64,000 bases of DNA from Candidatus Fermentibacterota bacterium (GTDB taxonomy: Bacteria > Fermentibacterota > Fermentibacteria > Fermentibacterales > JCC-6): the NCBI GenBank assembly GCA_963845085.1, contig CAWJQI010000004.1, forward strand, positions 576,001 through 640,000, written 5' to 3'. Below, one piece after another: positions 18,372 to 26,551 of this stretch. The position numbers and the translations under genes were made by a program. A model generated the notes under the pieces. It did not search any database. It saw only the letters and a list, made by a program, of their open reading frames with translations, and was not told where the DNA came from. How positions within the stretch are numbered: the stretch's first letter is position 1; each line of letters starts with the position of its first letter.

Positions 18372-19736
18372 CTATTCCTCCCAGCCGCTTGTCATCAGCC
18401 GGGCAATAACCGGAACGATGTTCTCGATGTCAACCCTGATCTGGCCCAGGGAATCCCGGTCCCTCACGGTGACCTTTCCGTCCTCGAGGCTGTCGAAATC
18501 GTACGTGACACAGAATGGGGTGCCGATCTCGTCGTTCCTTCTGTACCGTTTTCCGATCGAGCCGGTGACATCAAACAACACCGGCCAGTGGGGTCTCAAC
18601 GCTTCCTCGATCCTTTCAGCGCCTTCGGAGAGTTTCTTCGAAAGGGGAAGCACGGCGACCTTCACGGGGGAAAGCTTTCTGTCCAGCGACAGAACCACCC
18701 GTTCCCTGCCTTCGACCTCCTCGGACCGGTAGGCATCAAGAAGCACGGCGAGGAATGTTCTTCCGACTCCGCCGGATGTCTCGACCACGTGGGGAATGAA
18801 CTTCTCGCCCGTGATCGTGTCATGGAAGCGAAGGTCCTTTCCCGAAGATGTCATGTGGGCGTTGAGATCGTAGTCGGAGCGGTTGGCTATCCCCTCAAGC
18901 TCGCCGAAGCCGTCGCCCCCTGAGAAGGGGAAGCGGTACTCGATGTCGGTGCAGCCCGCAGCGTAGTGGGCAAGCTCGCCCGCTTCATGGGGCCTCAGCC
19001 TTAGGTTGCCGCTTTTTACACCGAGTACGCCGGTGTACCACTTCATCCTTTTGTCGATCCAGTATTCGTACCACTTGCCGGCGTCTTCGGGACGGCAGAA
19101 GAACTCCATCTCCATCTGCTCGAATTCACGGCTGCGGAATATGAAGTTTCGCACGGTGATCTCGTTCCTGAAAGCCTTGCCCGTCTGGGCGACGCCGAAG
19201 GGAACAACCATTCGCGTGGAGGTGACTATGTTCTGGAAATGCGTGAAAATGGACTGACAGGTTTCGGGGCGGAGGTAGGCAACGGCTGTGTCCTCCTCGA
19301 CGGGTCCCATGAATGTTTTGAACATCAACCCGAAATCCCTCGGCTCGGTGAGTTCGCCGCCGCATTCGGGGCAGGTGTCGCCCTCAAGCTGGTCGGCGCG
19401 GAATCGGCCGCGGCACTTCCTGCAGTCAACAAGGGGGTCGTGGAAGTTCCTGAGGTGCCCCGATGCCTCCCACACACCCGGGTGGGTGATGATTGCGGTA
19501 TCCACACCGACCACGTCGTTGCGGGTGCGAACCATCTCGTTCCACCAGAGGTCCGTTATGTTCCTTTTGAGCTCGACACCGAGCGGTCCGTAATCCCAGG
19601 CGGACTGAAGGCCGCCGTATATCTCCCCTGACGGGTAAACGAAGCCCAGCCTTTTGCAAAGACTGATCACATCGCGCATCAGGTCCCGGCCGACCTCGGT
19701 CGATCCGGTGTCGGGTGATTCCTGTTCAGGTAGCAT
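18372..19736 (-). CDS. glyQS: Glycine--tRNA ligase (alpha2 homodimeric type)
   Basis: WDYGPLG, YLRPETCQ, GKAFRNEI, REFEQME, ELEGIANR, SIGKRYRRNDEIGTP. Confidence 0.95.
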   Translation of the reverse strand: MLPEQESPDTGSTEVGRDLMRDVISLCKRLGFVYPSGEIYGGLQSAWDYGPLGVELKRNITDLWWNEMVRTRNDVVGVDTAIITHPGVWEASGHLRNFHDPLVDCRKCRGRFRADQLEGDTCPECGGELTEPRDFGLMFKTFMGPVEEDTAVAYLRPETCQSIFTHFQNIVTSTRMVVPFGVAQTGKAFRNEITVRNFIFRSREFEQMEMEFFCRPEDAGKWYEYWIDKRMKWYTGVLGVKSGNLRLRPHEAGELAHYAAGCTDIEYRFPFSGGDGFGELEGIANRSDYDLNAHMTSSGKDLRFHDTITGEKFIPHVVETSGGVGRTFLAVLLDAYRSEEVEGRERVVLSLDRKLSPVKVAVLPLSKKLSEGAERIEEALRPHWPVLFDVTGSIGKRYRRNDEIGTPFCVTYDFDSLEDGKVTVRDRDSLGQIRVDIENIVPVIARLMTSGWEE

Positions 19737-20478
19737 CGGCCATGTCCTCCATTATTCGAAGGGCTTTCAGGGGCAGCCTCTTCTCAAGGTGCGTTTCAGT
19801 GTATTCCTTCAAAAGGCTCAGGCACTGCCTGTAACCGCCGGGCCAGAGCCTGACCTTAACCGCTTTCTCAAGGGGTGCTCCGGCGGACTTCGCCAGAAAA
19901 CCCAGCAGACCGGGGGCGATGGTTTCACCTCCGGCACCGCACTCACCGCAGACAGCGCCCCCCGCCTGCGGGTTCCATCTGGGGGCGCTCAACTCCGTTC
20001 TTCCGCAAAGGGCGCAGGCCTCCACCTGCATTCCATGCCCTGATAGCGCCAGAAGCCTCTGTACGCCTCCGCAAAGAACCGGCAAAGGGGAAGCCCCCTG
20101 TGAAAGCAGGCTGAACACAAGGTCCAGCAGATGGTAAACCGGTTCGGAGGGCTCATTCCCATAACTGACAACCGACAGAAGCCACTCGGAAAAAACCCCG
20201 GCAGCTGCAAATGCTGCAGGGTTCTCCCTCAGCCCCTCCCTGTATCCCAGTACGGAGGCATCTATAACCGTATCAAGCTCACGTCCCTCCCTGCGGGAGA
20301 GAGTGAACTCCCCTTCGGAGAAGAGTTCGACCTTTCCAAGAAAAGCGCCCTTCGGACGAAGGGAACCCTTGGCAATGGCGCTAGCCCTTCCCAGATCGAG
20401 GGAGTAGAGGGTAAGTATAAGCGATGACTCGCTCCAGCGTACCCTCCTCAGGACAAACGCGGGGGTTGTGAGCCTCAA
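19726..20478 (-). CDS. recO: DNA repair protein RecO
   Basis: VLRRVRWSESSLIL...IAKG N-terminal OB fold; CxxC...CxxC zinc motif; conserved gene context. Confidence 0.9.
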   Translation of the reverse strand: MRLTTPAFVLRRVRWSESSLILTLYSLDLGRASAIAKGSLRPKGAFLGKVELFSEGEFTLSRREGRELDTVIDASVLGYREGLRENPAAFAAAGVFSEWLLSVVSYGNEPSEPVYHLLDLVFSLLSQGASPLPVLCGGVQRLLALSGHGMQVEACALCGRTELSAPRWNPQAGGAVCGECGAGGETIAPGLLGFLAKSAGAPLEKAVKVRLWPGGYRQCLSLLKEYTETHLEKRLPLKALRIMEDMADAT

Positions 20479-21680
20479 TCGGCCCTTTCGGCGGGAGCTA
20501 CCTTCAACAGAAGTATCCGCTGGGCACGCACCTTCTCAACGGTGAACAAATGCCCCTCGACCTTCACCGTTTCCCCGGGACGGGGAATGTGCCCAAGGCG
20601 CCGGTAGACAAGGCCTGCCACGGTCTCGTAATCGTCGTCCTCTTCGAAGGAGCTGTCCAGAAGATCGTTCAGATCGTCCACCGGCAGCCTTCCGTCCACC
20701 CGGAAGGCCCCCCTGCCCAGCGAGAACGACAGCGGGGATTCGGTGTCGTACTCGTCCCTTATCTCACCGAAAACCTCCTCGACGAGGTCCTCCATCGTTA
20801 CTATCCCGGCGGTGCCTCCGTATTCATCCACAACGATGGCCATATGGATCCGGTGGGCCTGGAACTCGCGGAACAGCTCATCGATCCTTTTGTATTCGGG
20901 AACGAAATAGGCTTCCCGGAGAATATCCTTCATCCGGAAGCCATCGCCTCCGCCCGCGAGCACGTCGAGAAGGTCTTTGGTGTAGAGAACCCCCTCGATG
21001 TCGTCAATCTTCTCACGGTAGACCGGAATACGGGAGTGCCCCGCCTTCCTGACCCTCGCGACAAGGTCGGACAGGTCGTCGGACAGCGGAAGACAGACCA
21101 TGTCAATTCTTGGGACCATCACCTCCCGGACTATCCTGTCGGAGAAGGAAAGCACCGAATCCACCATCTCCTGTTCCTTCTCCAGATCACCCGCATCGCC
21201 CTTTTCCCGTCTCATCTCCAGCCACATTATGTCGGGAGGTGTGAACGCCCATTCCTCGGGCATCGATTCGCCGGCGCGATTCCTTCCCAGGAACAGCCCG
21301 GCGGGCAGGGTGAATACCACCCGAAGCAACAGCATGGGAAGCCTGAGAACCCTGGCGGCGTTGTCGGGATGATTGTGGGCGAGCCACGCCGGCAGAACTT
21401 CCGAAACGATCACCGATGCGGTGAGAAAAAGCAGCCAGTTCACAACGGAGAAGCCACCCCCGGGCGCACCCGACAGAAGAGCACAGCCGGAGCCCACAAG
21501 GACGTGGCCGGAAACCCTCGCAAGCCACAGGATCCTCAACCTGGCACCGGCCTCCCTGCGCCTTTGGGCGGGGTCTCGCCCCTGCTGCTCGACAAGGCCG
21601 GGCAGGGCCGCTCTTGCTGCAGAGGATGATGCCGTAACAAGCAGACCCGCAATAAGCACTACAGCACCTGCAGGGTTCAT
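20475..21680 (-). CDS. Hemolysin/CorC (CNNM) family protein with CBS pair
   Basis: TM N-terminus, VREVMVPR, HSRIPVY, VVDEYGGTAGIVTMED, CorC C-terminal domain. Confidence 0.9.
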   Translation of the reverse strand: MNPAGAVVLIAGLLVTASSSAARAALPGLVEQQGRDPAQRRREAGARLRILWLARVSGHVLVGSGCALLSGAPGGGFSVVNWLLFLTASVIVSEVLPAWLAHNHPDNAARVLRLPMLLLRVVFTLPAGLFLGRNRAGESMPEEWAFTPPDIMWLEMRREKGDAGDLEKEQEMVDSVLSFSDRIVREVMVPRIDMVCLPLSDDLSDLVARVRKAGHSRIPVYREKIDDIEGVLYTKDLLDVLAGGGDGFRMKDILREAYFVPEYKRIDELFREFQAHRIHMAIVVDEYGGTAGIVTMEDLVEEVFGEIRDEYDTESPLSFSLGRGAFRVDGRLPVDDLNDLLDSSFEEDDDYETVAGLVYRRLGHIPRPGETVKVEGHLFTVEKVRAQRILLLKVAPAERAD

Positions 21681-22074
21681 TTCACCACCCCTGCGACAAA
21701 TTCCGCAGTCAGTCTTTCCATGAGTTCAGTATTCTCAGGGGTGTGATGACTGAAGCCGCGGAGATGGAGCCAGCCGTGGATGATGCGTTCCACAAGCTCA
21801 GAGAGGGGGGGGCAAGCCTTCCGTCGACAAAGATGGTTCCCTCGGGGGGGTCTCCCGAGTCGGAAAGGTCGAAAGTTAGAACATCGGTCGGCTTGTCAAG
21901 CATTCTGAACCTTCGGTTCAGCATGCGCATCATGCCGGGATCGCAGATCACCACTTCTATCCTGCCCTCGCCCTCCATGATGGGCGCAAGCTTCTCATGA
22001 AGGTTCTGAAGAACCGGGGAGGGTTTCTCCAGAACCACTTCTATGATAAGCGATGAATGCTGTTCACGCTCCAT
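21677..22074 (-). CDS. ybeY: rRNA maturation endoribonuclease YbeY (frameshifted at G8, 21805-21812)
   Basis: LNRRFR..DKPTDVLTF is in one frame; IHGWLHLRGFSH is in the shifted frame, which ends at an ATGA overlap with the next gene. Confidence 0.85.
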
Positions 22075-24076
22075 GTGGATAGTTCTTCACCCTTTCATAA
22101 TCCGATTTCAGAAGTATGTCCAGAAATACGTGCCAGACATCCTCCTGCATGGATCTTGTAAAGCCGCACATGTCGAACTGCCCCTCGGCTTCCTTGTCCT
22201 GGATGGACCGTTTCACCGTCTCGGCGATCTCGTTCTTGTCCTTCAGCATCCGGGAAGCGCTCGAGGCTGAGTCAGCCGTCATGACCAGCGCCGCCTCGAT
22301 GCTTCTCGGTTTCGGCCCGGGATAGCGGAAAGCCTCTTCGTCAATTGTCCCTCCGGGCGGGGCGCTCTTCCGGGCCTTGACAAGAAAACTCATGGTCCTG
22401 CCAGTGCCATGGTGTTCACGGATGATGTCGATGACCTCGGACGGCAGGTGGAACTTCCTGGCGAGCTTCACGCCCTGCTGAACATGGTCGATGACGAGAG
22501 CGGCGCTCTCCCTGGGCTCCATGTAGTCGTGGGGATTGTAGTAGGACTGGTTGGTCATATTCTCAATGAACATTCCGGGCTGCTTCAGCTTGCCGATGTC
22601 GTGGTAGAAGCCGCCCATTCTGGCAAGCACGGGGTCGGCTCCGAGCTTCGAAGCCGCCGCCGAGGCAAGCTCAGCGACCTGCAGCGAATGGGTGTAGGTG
22701 CCCATGGCCTCGCTTCTCATTCTCACCCTCAGGGGATGGTCATCCTGCAGAAGGCGGGAATGGGTGAGCCGGGTGGTCACCCTGAAGGTCATCTCGACCG
22801 GGTGGATGAGCACCCTGCTGATGGCGATGGAACCGAGGGGAATCAGCACCAGCCTGAGAATGACGGGGACATCGAATGCGTAACCCGGCCCTATCCAGGC
22901 CGTATGAAGGGCCCAGTAGACAAGCAGGCTTCCAGCCGCCGAGATCAGCAGGGAAAGGGAAATGTCGCGCTCTGAAAGCTGCCTGAAAACCGCCGACGTG
23001 AACACGGCCGGAACGGCCGACACAAGGAACGCGGTGAACGGGCTGCCGCTTCCAAGCGCAACGAGTGAGCTGAAGATCATCGTAAGGTACCATGAATGGT
23101 ACAGGCCGGAAGCGTCAAAGAACACCGCTGTCATGCAGGCTCCGAACACACTGAAGGATATCACCTGAAGGCGTGCGGAACCCGTCTGCCACAGCAGGCC
23201 GGTGCATACCAGCGCCAGCATCCAGATGCTTCCGAGCAGGAGGACCCTTGTTGGGGAGTTGACAACCCTGCCCATGGCAAGGGCGCCGTACATTACGGCC
23301 AGAAGCACAAGCAGCATGGCGGGAAGGAACCTGGCCACGGCCCGGAGCGGCCCGGGGTACGACAGGGAGCTGTTCATTGCATCGAACACCCTGAAGAATT
23401 CGTCATCAGGTATCCCGCCTGCGGCAAGAAGGGTGTCGCCGGACGAGAAAACACGCTCAACGGTTGCCACCCGTTTCTCCGCTTCATCCATGGCGTTGTC
23501 GCGATAGTCAAGCGCGGGTACGAGGTCGGGCAGAAGCAGGGATGAAATGCTCTCGGCAGCTGCAGAGGAGAACACCGCCAGAAGGTCCCTTCGCAGAAAC
23601 TCCCTCGCCTCGGCCACATCAGTGAAACTTTCATATGTGCCGAACACCCTGCCCTCGTCGCCCTCGACAAGAACGACCGAATCGCTTGTGCTCTCCCCGC
23701 GGAGCAGCGCCTCGTCGATGATGCCGTTTCCGTAATAATCGTTCCTGGCGATTCCCGCAGCGAAAATGGAATCACCCGCTGAAGCCTCAAGGGCGTTGTG
23801 GAGGTTTTCAAGGGATGCCCGGCGCACTTCGGGATCGTGAATGATGAACACAGGTGCGGCGTCCCTCGCCATTTCCCTGAGCGAGTCAAGGACCTCGGAC
23901 CTGTAGTGAAGCTCAAAGCTGATGGGGGTAATGACGTCTGTCGTCACCGGTTTGCCAAGAACAGGATTGAGGTCGGACAGAACCGCCTTGCCACCGAACA
24001 ACAGCATCCAGATCGCGAGGAATCCTCCCGCGACCACCACGGTCATTCCGCGTCTGCCCCAGTTACCCGTCATCAT
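22064..24076 (-). CDS. 7TM-HD (HDIG, PgpH-like) phosphohydrolase
   Basis: Extracellular domain, 7 TM helices, GTYTHS, YHDIGK, EHHGT, RYPGPKP, ADS. Confidence 0.9.
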   Translation of the reverse strand: MMTGNWGRRGMTVVVAGGFLAIWMLLFGGKAVLSDLNPVLGKPVTTDVITPISFELHYRSEVLDSLREMARDAAPVFIIHDPEVRRASLENLHNALEASAGDSIFAAGIARNDYYGNGIIDEALLRGESTSDSVVLVEGDEGRVFGTYESFTDVAEAREFLRRDLLAVFSSAAAESISSLLLPDLVPALDYRDNAMDEAEKRVATVERVFSSGDTLLAAGGIPDDEFFRVFDAMNSSLSYPGPLRAVARFLPAMLLVLLAVMYGALAMGRVVNSPTRVLLLGSIWMLALVCTGLLWQTGSARLQVISFSVFGACMTAVFFDASGLYHSWYLTMIFSSLVALGSGSPFTAFLVSAVPAVFTSAVFRQLSERDISLSLLISAAGSLLVYWALHTAWIGPGYAFDVPVILRLVLIPLGSIAISRVLIHPVEMTFRVTTRLTHSRLLQDDHPLRVRMRSEAMGTYTHSLQVAELASAAASKLGADPVLARMGGFYHDIGKLKQPGMFIENMTNQSYYNPHDYMEPRESAALVIDHVQQGVKLARKFHLPSEVIDIIREHHGTGRTMSFLVKARKSAPPGGTIDEEAFRYPGPKPRSIEAALVMTADSASSASRMLKDKNEIAETVKRSIQDKEAEGQFDMCGFTRSMQEDVWHVFLDILLKSDYERVKNYPHGA

Positions 24077-25007
24077 CCTCGGCGCTCCCGAATGCCTCGA
24101 TTATCCGCTGGACCAGAGGATGCCTGACCACGTCTTCCTTCTCAAGGTGGATGAACGCCACCTCACGAATGTTCCTGAGTATCTTCTGAATTTTGACGAG
24201 CCCGGATTCGGATGCCGGCTTAATGTCAATCTGTGTAACGTCGCCAGTAACGACAAGCCTTGATCCGTGTCCCATGCGTGTTAAAAACATCTTCAACTGT
24301 GTCAGAGTGGTGTTCTGGGCTTCATCGAGTATCACAAAGGAATTGTTGAGCGTTCTGCCCCGCATGTAGGCAAGCGGAGCAACTTCAATGATGCCTGATT
24401 CCATGTTCCTGGCAACGCCTGCCGGCGTGAGGGTATCATCGAGGGAATCGTATATGGGCCTGAGGTACGGGTCGATCTTCTGCTGCAGGTCCCCGGGGAG
24501 GAACCCGAGGTTTTCCCCGGCCTCGACCGCGGGTCTTGTCAGGATGATCCGCTCGACCCTTCCGTCACGCAGGGCGCTGACTGCTGCCGCAACCGCGAGG
24601 AACGTCTTTCCCGTGCCTGCGGGCCCTATGCTGAACACAAGCTCGTGGGCAAGCATTGCCCTCAGATAGCTTTCCTGGCCCGGAGTTCTCGGAATGATGC
24701 GGCCCGATCTGCCCGGAACGTCGAGAACAACCCCGGACGCCTTCATTTCGGGGAACTCAAGAGCCTTCGCAACCGCAGCAGGGCTGACCGTCCCGCAGGA
24801 ATCAAGCTCGGAAATCAGTCTTTCAACCGCTGCCTGCGCCCTGTCGAGCGATCTCGGGCTGCCGCTCAGCAGCAGGGTGGAATCGCGGTAGACAGCGCTT
24901 ACGCCGAGTTCACGGCAGATGTCCCTCAGATACGCGTCCCCGGGACCGAGAATGCGCCTTGCATCCTCCGGGGGCAGGGGAATCCGCCTTCCAGAAGCAG
25001 TCTTCAT
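24063..25007 (-). CDS. phoH: PhoH family ATPase
   Basis: GPAGTGKT, LTRPAVEAGENLGFLPGD, AYMRGRT, LDEAQN; start ATG 25007 after GGAG. Confidence 0.95.
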   Translation of the reverse strand: MKTASGRRIPLPPEDARRILGPGDAYLRDICRELGVSAVYRDSTLLLSGSPRSLDRAQAAVERLISELDSCGTVSPAAVAKALEFPEMKASGVVLDVPGRSGRIIPRTPGQESYLRAMLAHELVFSIGPAGTGKTFLAVAAAVSALRDGRVERIILTRPAVEAGENLGFLPGDLQQKIDPYLRPIYDSLDDTLTPAGVARNMESGIIEVAPLAYMRGRTLNNSFVILDEAQNTTLTQLKMFLTRMGHGSRLVVTGDVTQIDIKPASESGLVKIQKILRNIREVAFIHLEKEDVVRHPLVQRIIEAFGSAEDDDG

Positions 25008-25023
25008 GCTCTCCGCAAGTGAA

Positions 25024-25056
25024 CAGGCTCCCCGCCCGCAAGGGACAGGGAGCCTG
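25024..25056 (-). terminator. Stem-loop after the LysM gene
   Basis: CAGGCTCCC...GGGAGCCTG inverted repeat with an inner stem. Confidence 0.6.
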
Positions 25057-25078
25057 AAACATGGTTCACTATCGCTGG

Positions 25079-25744
25079 TTAGCGGGTCGTACCGCGGGTC
25101 GTACCGCGGGGGATAGTGAGAACCTGGCCCGGGAAGATCAGGTTGGGGTCGCTGATCTTGTCCCGGTTGGCTTCGTAAAGCTGGGGCCACAGGCCGCGGT
25201 CGCCGTAGACGATGCCGTAGCCCGAGATCTTGCCCAGGAAGTCGCCCTCGATGACCGTGTAGCTGCTGGCGTAGGGAACCGGGACGATGAGGGTGTGACC
25301 GGCGTAGATAAGGTTGGGGTCGCTGATGGTGTCACGGTTGCGGTCGTAGATCTTGGGCCACTGGCTGCCGTCGTTGAAGTAGTAGTGGTAGCTGGCGATC
25401 TGCCACAGGCATTCGCCGTCAACGATGAGGTGGGTGACGCCGGAGCCGCGAAGGCGGGTGATCTCACCGCGAAGCCAGGAGATGTCCTGGTTGAGCTGGT
25501 TGACGACGCCCTGAAGCTCGTCACGCTGTGCGCGGAGAGGGAGAACCTTGGCTTCCCATTCGGCTACCTGCGCATCGGCCTCAGCCTTGCGCCACTCCCA
25601 GTAGGCGATCTGCTGGTCGATGTGCTTGTTTCCCCAGGATTCGACTTCTTCCTGGGTGAGAACGGACAACTCCTCTGCGGTCCAGGTGCGGGCGAAGCCC
25701 ACGGCCGCCACGAGGATCAGAGCGAACACGAAAAGATTACGCAT
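25079..25744 (-). CDS. Secreted coiled-coil protein with two LysM domains
   Basis: Signal peptide; heptad region; two W.x.IY..NRD.ISDPNLI..G..L..P LysM repeats. Confidence 0.9.
   Translation of the reverse strand: MRNLFVFALILVAAVGFARTWTAEELSVLTQEEVESWGNKHIDQQIAYWEWRKAEADAQVAEWEAKVLPLRAQRDELQGVVNQLNQDISWLRGEITRLRGSGVTHLIVDGECLWQIASYHYYFNDGSQWPKIYDRNRDTISDPNLIYAGHTLIVPVPYASSYTVIEGDFLGKISGYGIVYGDRGLWPQLYEANRDKISDPNLIFPGQVLTIPRGTTRGTTR
25082..25110. repeat. 12-bp tandem repeat encoding RGTT-RGTT-R at the LysM C-terminus
   Basis: GCGGGTCGTACC x2 plus GCGGG. Confidence 0.8.
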
Positions 25745-25759
25745 TTTCTCTCTCCCTTC

Positions 25760-26026
25760 CTAGCGGCCAGTCCCGCCGAGACTTTCGTACTCGGCCTGGA
25801 GTTCTGCCTTTTCCTGCTCAAGCTGCGGGATCTGCTGCTCAAGCTGAGGAATTTCCTGGTTCAGCTGCTCGTACTCGTTCTGCAGGCTGACAACTCTTGC
25901 TTCGGCGGCAAGTGCCGCAGAGCGGGCGTTGTCCCGAGCGCGAATCTGTTCCTGGCTCGGTCCGCAGGCAATGAGCAGCAGGGATACGGCAAGGATCACA
26001 AGGCAAATGCTGCGAGTCCTGACCAT
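25760..26026 (-). CDS. Small coiled-coil lipoprotein
   Basis: AGGAGGT RBS; lipobox LLIAC; heptads EIPQLEQQIPQLEQEKAELQAEY. Confidence 0.8.
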   Translation of the reverse strand: MVRTRSICLVILAVSLLLIACGPSQEQIRARDNARSAALAAEARVVSLQNEYEQLNQEIPQLEQQIPQLEQEKAELQAEYESLGGTGR

Positions 26027-26139
26027 CCCCGATACCTCCTTCCGGTTGCGTCTGTTGGTGTGCACTTTTCTTCCCCTGAATCCATGAGAGTGGATTCAAC
26101 CCCTTGGTCAAAGAAACATGAAAACTCACTGCAAACTGT

Positions 26140-26168
26140 ACCCTATAGCGGACAGAATCAACTGTCAA
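26140..26168 (-). promoter_or_regulatory. sigma70 promoter for the lipoprotein-LysM operon
   Basis: TTGACA-N17-TAGGGT on the minus strand. Confidence 0.6.
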
Positions 26169-26551
26169 GCGTCGGGTAAACCACTCTTCAATCCAAATCG
26201 GCTTGAACCCCTTCCAAGACAATAACGAAACAACACGAGCGCGGTCAACAGCCCTGCAGCGTCCGCCGCGAGGTCTGCAATGTCGCAGTACCTGCCGGGC
26301 ACGAACCGCTGGTGCAGCTCGTCAAGGAATGCCCAGGCGAATCCCGTTGCGAATGATGACAACAGGACCCTTCTACGCCAGATGTCCCTGTTCAGGTGAA
26401 TGGCGAATCCGAGAGAGGCGAACTCCATGAAATGGAAGACCTTGTCCTGGTGCGGAAACAGCTGGAACGGCGGCCTGAGGGAGGGCTGGTGGCTCATCCA
26501 GGCTATTGCTGCGGCCACTGCCAGAAGAAGGAGGCGTCGTGCGATCAACAC
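26165..26551 (-). CDS. VanZ family membrane protein
   Basis: DKVFHFMEF, LDELHQRFVPGR..DIADLAAD; start reassigned to GTG/TTG at the upstream stop. Confidence 0.85.
   Translation of the reverse strand: MLIARRLLLLAVAAAIAWMSHQPSLRPPFQLFPHQDKVFHFMEFASLGFAIHLNRDIWRRRVLLSSFATGFAWAFLDELHQRFVPGRYCDIADLAADAAGLLTALVLFRYCLGRGSSRFGLKSGLPDA

Noticed and set aside
25061..26179. Long plus-strand ORF (372 aa) and similar ORFs at 20550-21629, 26767-27807, 49749-50861 and 57020-58036
   Set aside because: Antisense shadows of well-supported genes, expected with GC-rich biased codon usage; no recognisable motifs
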